IMG/VR virus record: IMGVR_UViG_3300032328_000860
Location: 159,438 to 223,437 of that record
Length of the DNA: 64,000 bases
Direction: 5' to 3' (one strand)
Source: a virus
Taxonomy: Duplodnaviria > Caudoviricetes
Below the pieces are notes generated by a model that was given only the letters and a program-made list of their open reading frames with translations, was not told the DNA's origin and did no database searches. Position 1 is the stretch's first letter. Each line of letters starts with the position of its first letter. Below, one piece after another: positions 9,388-18,489 of this stretch. The translations under genes and the position numbers were made by a program.

Positions 9388-9933
9388 TTGTCTAGACATT
9401 CTTCTTTACCATTTCATTTTTACGCTAAAGTAAATAATAAATATTTGGGAAGTAATATGCCCAGAGGTTATACTAGTTGTATTTGGCATGGAGTATTTGG
9501 TAGACTAAACCAGATTCTCTCTTGTCATATTCTATTAGAAAGCGGAGCAAACTGGAGTGGACTTCCTATTAATGCTCTTTCATCATCTGGTGATTTTTCT
9601 TATCTTCCAGAAGAATTAATGCCATGGTCAACAATGGGAGAAAATATAGAAACTATTCATATGAAATATTTAGAAGGTATGAAGTGTGTTACAAGACAGG
9701 TTATTAAAAATTGTGAGGCTAGACATACTGGAGTAGTAATTGATTGGACAGATGGTTTTAGTAGGTATCCACAAGAGCATAAACCTTTAAATCTAATAGA
9801 ATTGAATAATGGACAATTTGCACTGTACCCTAATAATTATTTAGAGTTTGAGGACAAACACTTTGTGCTAGAATCAGCTAAAGAAAATTTAAGATTTTAC
9901 AAAAGAGAAGAAAATGTATACTGGGGAAATTAA
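9388..9933 (+). CDS. conserved hypothetical phage protein
   Basis: TTG start after AAGGA; QEHK..N.I.L.NGQFALYPNN. Confidence 0.65.
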   Translation: MSRHSSLPFHFYAKVNNKYLGSNMPRGYTSCIWHGVFGRLNQILSCHILLESGANWSGLPINALSSSGDFSYLPEELMPWSTMGENIETIHMKYLEGMKCVTRQVIKNCEARHTGVVIDWTDGFSRYPQEHKPLNLIELNNGQFALYPNNYLEFEDKHFVLESAKENLRFYKREENVYWGN

Positions 9934-10320
9934 ATGCTTACAATAAAAACCAAACTAGATAAAAGTTCTATAGCAGGCATAGGTTTATTTGCAGATCAAG
10001 ATATATTAAAGGGTGAAGTTGTATGGAAAATGAATAGTCTTTCAGTATTAAAAATTACTCCAAATGAGTATAATAATTTATCTCGAACAGAAAAAGACTT
10101 TATACAAGAAAAGGACTATTTCTGGGCAGATGAAGATGGTAACTATATGATTCCGATTGATGATAGTAGATTTATTAATCATTCTTGCAATCCTAATATT
10201 ATTGATTTAGATGACAATACTTGCGTGGCATCTAAAGATATTAAGAGAGAAGAAGAACTAACTATAGACTATAAAACATTGGTTCCAAAAGAACAGTGGC
10301 AAAACTATTATCACGCATGA
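9934..10320 (+). CDS. SET-domain methyltransferase
   Basis: GIGLFA, RFINHSCNPN, EELTIDY. Confidence 0.9.
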   Translation: MLTIKTKLDKSSIAGIGLFADQDILKGEVVWKMNSLSVLKITPNEYNNLSRTEKDFIQEKDYFWADEDGNYMIPIDDSRFINHSCNPNIIDLDDNTCVASKDIKREEELTIDYKTLVPKEQWQNYYHA

Positions 10321-10357
10321 GACAAGTATTCAAGAAACGATACAGCATTGACGATAC

Positions 10358-10386
10358 TTGACATAGGACTTAGCGTATGGTATACT
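10358..10386 (+). promoter_or_regulatory. sigma70-type promoter for ligase
   Basis: TTGACA-17-TATACT; two upstream ACGATAC copies. Confidence 0.75.
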
Positions 10387-10411
10387 ACGCTAAACACAGG
10401 AGACTATTTAG

Positions 10412-11239
10412 ATGACTCACGATTTTAATTATGTTTGGGATATGGTTCGTGATCTTAGGGCTACGAGTAGCACTATTGACAAGCAAGGAATTATTCTAGA
10501 CTATTGTGGACACAAAAGTTCCGCAGCATCTTTTACCAAGAAAATTCTTCTCTATACATATCATCCTCTATGGCAGTATAATGTTACCAGTGATAATCTG
10601 AAAAAAAAGAATTATCTTGTAGCAAGAAAGAACGAGTACAACAATTTTTTTGATTTGCTTGACGCTCTAAAGAGTCGTAAAATTACTGGGCATGACGCTA
10701 TCGCTGCGGTCAATAGTTTTATTGAACATAATGACGAATACGAAGAACTTATCCATTGCATTATTGACAAGGATTTGAAAACCCGTGCTGGTGACAAGAT
10801 TATTAACAAGGCTATTCCTGACCATATTCCAGAATTTAGTGTTGCTTTGGCAGATAAGTACGAGCCTAAACTTGTAGATTGGAAGGATGAATGGTATGTT
10901 TCCCGAAAAATTGATGGTTGTGTTGATTATCATACTCTCGTAGAGTTTGATAATGGAGACATACTAAGTATTGGTTTTGTTGTAGAGAATAAAATTAATG
11001 GAAATATAAAGTCTTACAACCATAAAACTGGTCAAATTGAGTACAAACCAATTCTAAATCATATGCAAAATCTAGAAGATGTTTCTGAAAAGTCCTCAAC
11101 ACAATGGTATGAAATTGTATTAGAAAATGGTCAAAGTTTAAAAATTACAGGAAATGATACTGTTTATCTACCGGAATTGAAATGTTATCGTAGAGTTGAT
11201 GAACTTAATGGTGATGAAAAAATTCTATTTCACAAGTAA
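10412..11239 (+). CDS. lig: ATP-dependent DNA ligase N-terminal half fused to split-intein N part
   Basis: ends in active-site SRKIDG then intein C1 (CVDYHTLV), block B LKITGND.VY. Confidence 0.9.
   Translation: MTHDFNYVWDMVRDLRATSSTIDKQGIILDYCGHKSSAASFTKKILLYTYHPLWQYNVTSDNLKKKNYLVARKNEYNNFFDLLDALKSRKITGHDAIAAVNSFIEHNDEYEELIHCIIDKDLKTRAGDKIINKAIPDHIPEFSVALADKYEPKLVDWKDEWYVSRKIDGCVDYHTLVEFDNGDILSIGFVVENKINGNIKSYNHKTGQIEYKPILNHMQNLEDVSEKSSTQWYEIVLENGQSLKITGNDTVYLPELKCYRRVDELNGDEKILFHK
10919..11236 (+). mobile_element. split intein N-fragment (106 aa)
   Basis: Cys1 after KIDG; HINT blocks A and B; stop at 11239. Confidence 0.88.
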
Positions 11240-11251
11240 TGTCCATCAAAT

Positions 11252-11290
11252 TTTCTGCTTATTGGTGTAATCTATACCAGATAAGGAGAT
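11252..11290 (+). promoter_or_regulatory. GGTGTA motif within hairpin that sequesters endonuclease SD
   Basis: CTTAT-TGGTGTA/TATACCA-G-ATAAG covering AAGGAG. Confidence 0.7.
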
Positions 11291-11294
11291 TATT

Positions 11295-12206
11295 ATGAAA
11301 TGTAAATATTGTAACAAATTAGGATTTAAAGAATTTAAAAACTTATACGGACATCAAGCAAGGTGTGACAAATATATAGATTATATTTCTAAATATAGAA
11401 ATAATATACTTACTAAAAAATATCTAAATTTAAATATTACTAAATTAAATAAACCGTGTTATCAATTAGAATTAGAATTAAACGATCCGCAGATTAAAAC
11501 CAAACATATTATTGCTAGATGTAAGGAACTTGGAATAAAAACTCAAACCCTAAAAGAAGCAGCAAATAATAATAAAACAAAAAAGAAACGAGAAGAATTT
11601 AATCTTAAAAAATATGGCTATAAAAATAATTTTCAATCTAAAACAACAAAACAAACACTAAAAAGAAAATATGGCAAAAATATTACTAATGTTTTTCAAT
11701 TAGACGAAGTGAAGCAAAAGAGTAAAAAGACATTACGAGATAGGTACGGTATTAGTAATCCTGTCAATCATCCAAATTTTAGAAGAAATGTTGGTAATAT
11801 ATCTTGGCAACACAAATCTATAGAAACAATTTTAGATAAATATAATATTAAATATGATAGCGAAAATAAAAATGGGATAGATTTTACTAAATACAACAAA
11901 AATTTAAAAAGAATTTATAATCCTAGACCAGATATTATCTTGCATGATTATAAAATAATTATAGAAATTTATGGAGATTATTATCATGCTAATCCTAAAA
12001 AATATAAACCGAATGATGTGCTGGTTACATGGGCTGGAGAAATAAAAGCAAAAGATATATGGAGTAAAGACAAAGCAAGAGTGCGTCACTTGCAAAGTTT
12101 TGGCTACAAGGTATACTGTATCTGGGGATCAGAGATAAGAACCAATAAGAATAAAATAGAGAAAAAAATATGCAAACTGTTAAAATTAAAAGTATTACAA
12201 AAATAG
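11295..12206 (+). CDS. Vsr/DUF559-like homing endonuclease between split-intein halves
   Basis: KKYG repeats; PDIILHDYKIIIEIYGDYYH; D..R...L...GYKV..IW.SE. Confidence 0.82.
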   Translation: MKCKYCNKLGFKEFKNLYGHQARCDKYIDYISKYRNNILTKKYLNLNITKLNKPCYQLELELNDPQIKTKHIIARCKELGIKTQTLKEAANNNKTKKKREEFNLKKYGYKNNFQSKTTKQTLKRKYGKNITNVFQLDEVKQKSKKTLRDRYGISNPVNHPNFRRNVGNISWQHKSIETILDKYNIKYDSENKNGIDFTKYNKNLKRIYNPRPDIILHDYKIIIEIYGDYYHANPKKYKPNDVLVTWAGEIKAKDIWSKDKARVRHLQSFGYKVYCIWGSEIRTNKNKIEKKICKLLKLKVLQK

Positions 12207-12280
12207 ATAGTAGGGATAAATACGAACTAGAAGTTGCAGATAATGCTAATTTTTTTGCTAATGGTATACTCAAACATAAT
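12170..12280 (+). mobile_element. split intein C-fragment
   Basis: blocks F/G ending His-Asn with Cys+1. Confidence 0.88.
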
Positions 12281-13087
12281 TGTAGATGTATTGGTATTGT
12301 TGATAGTAATGGTGATACTACCTTCTATTCCCGCACGGGAAAAGAGTTTGATACTCTTGGCATCGTTAGGGATGGTATTAAGGCTCTTAACATTACTGAT
12401 GTAGTATTTGATGGCGAACTTTGTCTCGTAGATGATGAAGGTAATGAGGATTTTCAAGGAGTAATGAAACAACTCAAGAAGAAGGATCACACCATCCCTA
12501 ATCCATCTTATAAAATTTTTGATATGATTTCTCACGACGAATTTTATAGTAAGAAGGGTGATAAAAATAAAACTTATACCCATCGCTATAATAACCTACG
12601 AGAAGTTATGAAAAATAACTCTTGTGTTTGTCTTAGTGTTCTTGGTCAAGAATTGATTAAAGATGATGACCATTTTGCTGAGTGGACGGGGAAAGCCAAG
12701 GAATATGGTTGGGAGGGATTGATGCTTCGTGCTAACGAGCCATATAAAGGCAAGCGATCCAAAGACCTCCTCAAGTTTAAAAGTTTTTGCGATGACGAAT
12801 ATGAAGTTGTAGACGTTGAAATGGGGCCATTTAGATATGTTAAAGATGGTGCAGAATGTGAGGAGACTATGCTCTCCTGTGTTATGATTAACCATAAAGG
12901 ATATACTGTTAGGGTTGGTAGTGGTTTCGCTATTGACCAGAGACAAGAATTCTTTCAGAATCCTAAGAAAATTCTTGGAAAGATTATTCAAGTACAGTAT
13001 TTTGAAGAGACAAAGAATCAAGAGGGGAAATTAAGTCTTCGTTTTCCGACCTTTAAGTATCTCTATGGAAAAACAAGAGACATTTAA
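12170..13087 (+). CDS. lig: split-intein C part (37 aa) fused to DNA ligase C-terminal half
   Basis: YELEV...NFFANGILKHN|CRC; FDGEL, FD, EGLMLR, LLKFK, VGSGF, LRFPTF. Confidence 0.9.
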   Translation: MQTVKIKSITKIDSRDKYELEVADNANFFANGILKHNCRCIGIVDSNGDTTFYSRTGKEFDTLGIVRDGIKALNITDVVFDGELCLVDDEGNEDFQGVMKQLKKKDHTIPNPSYKIFDMISHDEFYSKKGDKNKTYTHRYNNLREVMKNNSCVCLSVLGQELIKDDDHFAEWTGKAKEYGWEGLMLRANEPYKGKRSKDLLKFKSFCDDEYEVVDVEMGPFRYVKDGAECEETMLSCVMINHKGYTVRVGSGFAIDQRQEFFQNPKKILGKIIQVQYFEETKNQEGKLSLRFPTFKYLYGKTRDI

Positions 13088-13722
13088 TCATTTTTCCAAT
13101 CTAATCTCGCACCCTTTTCTCTATTTTTACTAGATTCTAGAGGTTGAAGATTAGAGTAATGGCATAATTCTCTGAGCTTTTTCTGATCTTTGGCAGAGGC
13201 TAGTGGTATTATGTGGTCTATCTCCCAGTAAGTCCCATGATTATTCCAAGACATTTTTTCGGTGAATTGATTTTCTAAATGTTTACGAACTTCTTCAATA
13301 GAGCAACCTAAAATATCTCTGCTTTTTTCTGTTTTTCTTATAAATGCTTTACTTATTCTAGATCTTAATATATGTTTTAATTTATACAAAGTATCATTTT
13401 TCATTCTGTATTGATGTATCTCACTCATTCTTTTTTTTCTTTCTGGTCTTTGACGATATTCTATACTTTTTTTGAGTAATTTTGTTTTATTTTTACGATA
13501 ATATTTCTGCCCCTCCTCTTTTAATTTTTCTGGATAATCTTGTCTCCTTTGTTTAACTCTTTCTTTTATGTCATCACTATTTTTTTTGTATCTTTTTTGA
13601 TCTTTAGATTTCTGACATATTTTACAGTATGGATGAAGTCCGTACTTATGGTTTTTACTTTTATGAAAATTTTTATTATTAGCAATTTTATATTTACCAC
13701 ATGTACTACATTGTTTTGTCAT
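13084..13722 (-). CDS. free-standing HNH homing endonuclease, paralog of 3188..3829
   Basis: MSWNNHG..WEIDHIIP..HYSNLQPL..N..K; AGAGG SD; convergent with ligase. Confidence 0.85.
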   Translation of the reverse strand: MTKQCSTCGKYKIANNKNFHKSKNHKYGLHPYCKICQKSKDQKRYKKNSDDIKERVKQRRQDYPEKLKEEGQKYYRKNKTKLLKKSIEYRQRPERKKRMSEIHQYRMKNDTLYKLKHILRSRISKAFIRKTEKSRDILGCSIEEVRKHLENQFTEKMSWNNHGTYWEIDHIIPLASAKDQKKLRELCHYSNLQPLESSKNREKGARLDWKND

Positions 13723-13799
13723 ATTAACCCCTCTTTTGATAGACCATATTATGTAATACACCAAAAAGTTTTAGATTCCTCACACTAAAGAAACGACAT

Positions 13800-13828
13800 T
13801 TGACAAGACGATACCAGTAGTGTAGAAT
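13800..13828 (+). promoter_or_regulatory. sigma70-type promoter (extended -10)
   Basis: TTGACA-17-TAGAAT, GACGATA in spacer. Confidence 0.75.
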
Positions 13829-13865
13829 TGTAGCATACCTGTTGGAAACAAACATTGGAGAAGAT

Positions 13866-14564
13866 ATGAGCGGAACAATTGTTGAGAAAAAGCCCATTGT
13901 TATGAGTACGAGCAAGGCTGACGAGTTTTTTAAAAACTTTCCCAAGGATAAAGTTGTTGCCTATAAAGACTATTGGGAAACTGTTCGCCCAAAGAATAAT
14001 GATGATATTTTTAGGCGTTATCTTTTTGCTTTCATGAGTGTCCATACTACATGGGAAAGTAATGTTAAGGGTTATAATGCTGTTAAAAACTTCGATGAAT
14101 GGATTGATGACGAAACATCACTTCTTGAAAAAATCAAAAACAGTGGAGTCGGTCTTCATAATAATCGTACAGAATATATTTGGAATTTTAAGGATAAGTT
14201 TTGGGCCAATCCTAAAGATTATATTATAACCACTAAGAAATATCATGTTAAGAAACGTGATAGCATCATAAATAAAATTCGCGGATTAGGAGCAGCGAAA
14301 ATCTCATTCAGTTGCGAGATGCAGAATCCTAATGAATGTAGAGTAGTGTGTTTGGACGTTCATTTGCTTAGACTTTATGGTTGCGAGAATCTAAAATATA
14401 ACAAAAGCCCAAAGGGCATGGCTATGTACAAAAATATCGAAAGGCATTGGAGTATTAACTGCGGTCGAACAAATGTGCCTTGTTATATCATGAGGTCTTT
14501 GTATTGGAATACTTTACAGAATCAAGAGAATTGTCGCTATTGGAGTCATTGTTTAGAATCATAA
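13866..14564 (+). CDS. HhH-GPD DNA glycosylase/AP lyase-like protein
   Basis: IRGLGAAK helix-hairpin-helix, CLDVHLLR catalytic Asp. Confidence 0.7.
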   Translation: MSGTIVEKKPIVMSTSKADEFFKNFPKDKVVAYKDYWETVRPKNNDDIFRRYLFAFMSVHTTWESNVKGYNAVKNFDEWIDDETSLLEKIKNSGVGLHNNRTEYIWNFKDKFWANPKDYIITTKKYHVKKRDSIINKIRGLGAAKISFSCEMQNPNECRVVCLDVHLLRLYGCENLKYNKSPKGMAMYKNIERHWSINCGRTNVPCYIMRSLYWNTLQNQENCRYWSHCLES

Positions 14565-14588
14565 AGCTACGCCAAAACTATTATTTTC

Positions 14589-14617
14589 TTGACAGCCCGA
14601 CAATCAGACGATATTAT
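14589..14617 (+). promoter_or_regulatory. sigma70-type promoter
   Basis: TTGACA-17-TATTAT, GACGAT in spacer. Confidence 0.6.
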
Positions 14618-14640
14618 ACACATAAAAGGGACATTTCTGT

Positions 14641-14769
14641 ATGAGCCAAAACGGAAAAGGATCAAAACCTCGACCCAAAAGTGTAGATCAAGAAACTTGG
14701 GATAAAAACTACGAAAGAATCTTTAAGAAAGAAAAAGATGGGAAGCACAACAAATCTAAAAACAAATAA
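14641..14769 (+). CDS. small basic protein (42 aa)
   Basis: MSQNGKGSKPRPKSVDQETWDKNYERIF..; directly downstream of promoter. Confidence 0.6.
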   Translation: MSQNGKGSKPRPKSVDQETWDKNYERIFKKEKDGKHNKSKNK

Positions 14770-15022
14770 GACTCTTTTTATTCCTTGTGGTTGTCGTAGT
14801 GAAATTCTTATGATAGAATATGATCATGAAATGCAAATGGCTGATTTTGCTATTTATGAACATCAAGTAGCCTATAAATCAAAGATGTCATTATGGCAGA
14901 GATTACGGTACTGTTGGCAGGTTTTATTCCATAAAAAACCGTATGCTGATCAAATAATGCTGGATCATAAGCAACTAAGTGATCTTAAAACTTTTTTATC
15001 AGGCTTAGATCTACGATCATAG
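14738..15022 (+). CDS. hypothetical protein
   Basis: ORF with CGC. Confidence 0.6.
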   Translation: MGSTTNLKTNKTLFIPCGCRSEILMIEYDHEMQMADFAIYEHQVAYKSKMSLWQRLRYCWQVLFHKKPYADQIMLDHKQLSDLKTFLSGLDLRS

Positions 15023-15071
15023 TGGTGTATATTATGGTGAGCCAATCTTCTTTTTTCAAGGAGGTTTACCT

Positions 15072-15272
15072 ATGGTAGTAAGAAGTATGAACAGTTATGT
15101 GGCTGATGAACTTGCTAATAAAGTAAAACACCTACAGATTGCTTTGTCTAAGGCTAATCATATTATTTCTATATTAGAGTTTGAAAATCAAAGACTTAAA
15201 GACGTTCTTATGGGTTTAGCGTCTGAAAATAATGAAAGCTTAGTTTTAGACAGTGAGGTTATAAGTGTCTAA
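15072..15272 (+). CDS. small coiled-coil protein
   Basis: GGAGG SD; GGTGTA motif at 15024. Confidence 0.65.
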   Translation: MVVRSMNSYVADELANKVKHLQIALSKANHIISILEFENQRLKDVLMGLASENNESLVLDSEVISV

Positions 15273-15540
15273 TCCTCCTAAATGCAGGAGTTCAAACAAA
15301 ATAACTGTTACTCAAATTGAGGACAATCAGTTTATTATAGAAAGTTTTGACGAAAAAATAAGAATTGGTGGTGAAGACGAGTATGCCATTAGTTATTTAG
15401 ATTTTAACGGCGGCCCATTAATCCATATAGGTAGAGAGTTTTTAGGTAGAGGCTACATTAATAATATTGAAATTCTAGATACAGAGAATAAAAATTATTT
15501 AATAGCTAAGATCACTCTTGCTAACGCAAAGGATGAATAA
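15265..15540 (+). CDS. hypothetical protein
   Basis: GTG start after GAGG. Confidence 0.55.
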   Translation: MSNPPKCRSSNKITVTQIEDNQFIIESFDEKIRIGGEDEYAISYLDFNGGPLIHIGREFLGRGYINNIEILDTENKNYLIAKITLANAKDE

Positions 15541-15649
15541 TGATAGAATTAGATTTAATATCGTATATAGGATATTATGACACTATGAAAATATATGGTT
15601 TTTTTGATTATCAAATAAATGATATTATTAATAATACAACAGTGAAAAT

Positions 15650-15838
15650 ATGAGCAAACTACATAAATCTAATAAAGACAGAATGTTGTTTGGTGTTTGT
15701 GGAGGATTATCAAAGAGTTTGAGTTTAGATCCTACTATTCTACGCTTAGGATTTGCGCTCGGAGCTGTTTTTAGCGGCAGTATTCTTTTGTGGATTTATA
15801 TATTGTTGTCTATGATACTACCCACCCAAGAAGATTAA
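15650..15838 (+). CDS. PspC-domain membrane protein
   Basis: L.KS..DRMLFGVCGGL......PTILRL; YI.L..ILP. Confidence 0.85.
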   Translation: MSKLHKSNKDRMLFGVCGGLSKSLSLDPTILRLGFALGAVFSGSILLWIYILLSMILPTQED

Positions 15839-15908
15839 TTGGCAATTTAATTGCTAGTAATAGGTGTATACTCTATTATAGAGATCACCTTTGTCAGGGA
15901 GGAAAGTA

Positions 15909-16397
15909 ATGTCCTCAAAATATATATTATTAATAGCAGGACTATTAATAGGCTATTATTTCCTAAATATTAATAGTCTGAAACCATTATCTCCAGAAGT
16001 TCCTGCTGTTATTGTTCCTGTGCCTCTCATACCAGAGATTAAACAATATATTTATTATAACAACTATAATAAATGCAAAGAATTAGCTTATATACATAAT
16101 AAAAAAATAGTAATAATATTTGGAGCAGAATGGTGTCCCTATTGTAGAGTCTTAAAAAAAGATTTAGATCAACTAGATGTCCTTAAAAAGTACATAGTAT
16201 GTGTTATTGATATTGATAGTGATGCAAACTCTGACTTAGTTAAAAAATACAGGATTATAGGTTTGCCAACATCAATTATATTAGACAATAAAGAAAATGA
16301 ACTATCTAGAAAATCAGGGTATAAAAAAACAGATTATATAGATTGGGTAACTAATGATTTAATGGAGAATTATATGTCATGGATAAACAAAAGATAA
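15909..16397 (+). CDS. membrane-anchored thioredoxin-family protein
   Basis: FGAEWCPYC, GLPT; N-terminal TM; GGAGG SD. Confidence 0.82.
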   Translation: MSSKYILLIAGLLIGYYFLNINSLKPLSPEVPAVIVPVPLIPEIKQYIYYNNYNKCKELAYIHNKKIVIIFGAEWCPYCRVLKKDLDQLDVLKKYIVCVIDIDSDANSDLVKKYRIIGLPTSIILDNKENELSRKSGYKKTDYIDWVTNDLMENYMSWINKR

Positions 16398-17179
16398 TTT
16401 CTCTGTTAGTTTTTATATGTTTAATACTTAGTATGCTCCTACCAGTTTATTCTGCTGAAAGAGCTGTTCCTTTAGGATTACGCCTAATCAAACTTAAAAA
16501 GTTTAAGGAACTGCCTCAAATATCTGTATACAATGATGTTATTAGTTATTCTAAAGAAGATCCATTTGGAGATCATCATGGCAGAAGTACAAATATACAC
16601 GAAACAGTGCATGGCATAAATTCTAGTATTAGAAATCAGTATTATAAAAATAATATGAATGGATTTTATGCTGGAAATGGTTATGCGATATTGGTAGAAA
16701 ATCCGAAACTTAAACTAAGACACATTAAACAATATGTTCCTTATTCATTAAGAGGCTATAGATTCAAACTATATTTTGAAGAACAATTAGGGCATTGGGA
16801 CGATACGCCCACATATCATATTGATGAATGGTCGGCATATATAGCCGGTGCTGAATGTGCTGTGGATGATGCTAAAACAGATATTAAAATAAAAGAAAAA
16901 GAAGATAGTGTTTCTGGAGCATTAGAATTTAGTATATATTGTACAGCATTAGCAATGGCTACCAAAGATGTTGATCCAGAATACTGGGAACAGAATATTC
17001 AACTAAAACAAGCTATTAACTATTTTCTTATTAAGGCAGAAAAAGTATTTTTTGAAGGCCAAGAATTATTTCCATCAGAAAAACAGGAAGTTTTACTAGA
17101 TAATCTTAGAAATAGCGATGACGCTAAATTTATAAGAAGTTTTTTAATACTTGAGTTTGGGGGTATTTTTATTGACTAA
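16379..17179 (+). CDS. exported HExxH metalloprotease-like protein
   Basis: signal/TM N-terminus; IHETVH...DEWSAY. Confidence 0.55.
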   Translation: MDKQKIISLLVFICLILSMLLPVYSAERAVPLGLRLIKLKKFKELPQISVYNDVISYSKEDPFGDHHGRSTNIHETVHGINSSIRNQYYKNNMNGFYAGNGYAILVENPKLKLRHIKQYVPYSLRGYRFKLYFEEQLGHWDDTPTYHIDEWSAYIAGAECAVDDAKTDIKIKEKEDSVSGALEFSIYCTALAMATKDVDPEYWEQNIQLKQAINYFLIKAEKVFFEGQELFPSEKQEVLLDNLRNSDDAKFIRSFLILEFGGIFID

Positions 17180-17369
17180 ATTACATTTACCAAAAACTTC
17201 TGGACTTTGGAAAAATCATCAATGCTGTGTATGGAATGAACGATATATTGCATTGGTGCATATGCTTGCCTGAGACAGGATTTAAAATTCTTGATGCGGT
17301 GGTTGTATCGTCTTTAAAAATGACTCTTAGGGCGAGATACGTTGATCAAAAAAAAATCAAGTCGGACAG

Positions 17370-17398
17370 TTGACAAAGACGATACTAGGTTGTAGAAT
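17370..17398 (+). promoter_or_regulatory. sigma70-type promoter (extended -10)
   Basis: TTGACA-17-TAGAAT, GACGATA in spacer. Confidence 0.75.
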
Positions 17399-17476
17399 GA
17401 GATAGTTGGTCGCGGGTTTCGGTTGTGTAACTGAGCGTGGCCGACAAATTGATTTATAAGTTTTGGAGGTTGATTT

Positions 17477-17758
17477 ATGGCTGAAGTTACTACTATTGAT
17501 AAGCAGACCAGAGTGCGTTGCTCTGACGAGCAGTTTCTTGAGGCAGTTTTTTCTAGCAAGACATATGCTGAAATTGCTTCTAAGACTGGTCAAAAGATTG
17601 CTAGTACAATGGCTCGTTATGCTCGCACTAAGGCCGCATTGTCTAAGAAGGGTATTGAACTGCCCTCTATGGAACGTGCGAAGCCCATTAAGACGGTTGA
17701 TAATGTTGAGGCTATGGCCGACATTGTTCGTCGCCTCAAGGCTCACAGCAACGGTTGA
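17477..17758 (+). CDS. small basic HTH-like protein
   Basis: GGAGG SD; TYAEIASKTG; strongly biased codons. Confidence 0.75.
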   Translation: MAEVTTIDKQTRVRCSDEQFLEAVFSSKTYAEIASKTGQKIASTMARYARTKAALSKKGIELPSMERAKPIKTVDNVEAMADIVRRLKAHSNG

Positions 17759-17777
17759 TTTTTGTAAATTTCAACTT

Positions 17778-17862
17778 ATAATAAACTCTGACTACACAGA
17801 TATGATAGAGACACAACATTAGTCAACCTCAAATCAGTGGTTTGTGTAGTCAGGGTTATTAT
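17778..17862 (+). other. long RNA hairpin abutting tRNA 5' end
   Basis: ATAATAA-A-CTCTGACTACACAGA pairs with TTTGTGTAGTCAGGG-TTATTAT. Confidence 0.65.
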
Positions 17863-17946
17863 GGCCTCTTGGCGTAATCGGCAGCCGCAACGGACTTAAA
17901 ATCCGTTGGGAGAAATCCCGTGTGGGTTCAAGTCCCACAGAGGCCA
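17863..17946 (+). tRNA. tRNA-Leu(UAA)
   Basis: acceptor GGCCTCT/AGAGGCC; anticodon arm ACGGA-CTTAAAA-TCCGT; long variable arm; T-loop TTCAAGT. Confidence 0.95.
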
Positions 17947-17967
17947 CTGTAGTATAAAAAGCAGAGA

Positions 17968-18017
17968 ATAAATTTTCTTGGTGTATTCTAAATTAGACTA
18001 CACATAAGGAGATTTAT
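17968..18017 (+). promoter_or_regulatory. GGTGTA motif within SD-sequestering hairpin
   Basis: ATAAATTTTCTT/AAGGAGATTTAT, GTGTA/TACAC, TCTA/TAGA stems. Confidence 0.75.
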
Positions 18018-18018
18018 A

Positions 18019-18489
18019 ATGAAAAAATGTCGAAAATGTCAGAAAGAATTTGCCAATAGGATAAAGATTAATGGTTCGATAAAAGTCTTGAATAGACGCA
18101 AATATTGTTTAGATTGTTCTCCTTTTGGTCAAAGAAATACTAAGAAATTACATCTTCCACAAAGAGATGAGAATACTACTAAACAATGTCCTCAATGCAA
18201 TAAAGACTTTAAATGGAATAAAAACAATGTTTGTTGGACTTGTAGATCTTTTAATAGACGAAAAGCAAATAGACAAAAAGGAATTAAATATTTAGGATCA
18301 AAGTGTCGGTGCTGTAAAATTAAAGATATTGAGGTGTTGACATTTCATCATATAGACAGAGATGATAAGTATGATAATTTGTCGAGCCTATGGCATAGTC
18401 AATGGGATATTATTCAAACAGAGTTAGATAAGTGCGAATTGTTATGTGCTAATTGTCATATGAAATTACATCGAAAGGAAAATTTATGA
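18019..18489 (+). CDS. HNH endonuclease
   Basis: KCRCC...LTFHH....K....ELDKCELLCANCH..LH. Confidence 0.85.
   Translation: MKKCRKCQKEFANRIKINGSIKVLNRRKYCLDCSPFGQRNTKKLHLPQRDENTTKQCPQCNKDFKWNKNNVCWTCRSFNRRKANRQKGIKYLGSKCRCCKIKDIEVLTFHHIDRDDKYDNLSSLWHSQWDIIQTELDKCELLCANCHMKLHRKENL

Noticed and set aside
11240-12170. Group I intron in the ligase gene
   Set aside because: No room for a ribozyme core; intein splice-junction motifs explain the interruption
17463-17822. 119-aa alternative-frame ORF
   Set aside because: The overlapping 17477..17758 frame has the SD and coherent codon bias
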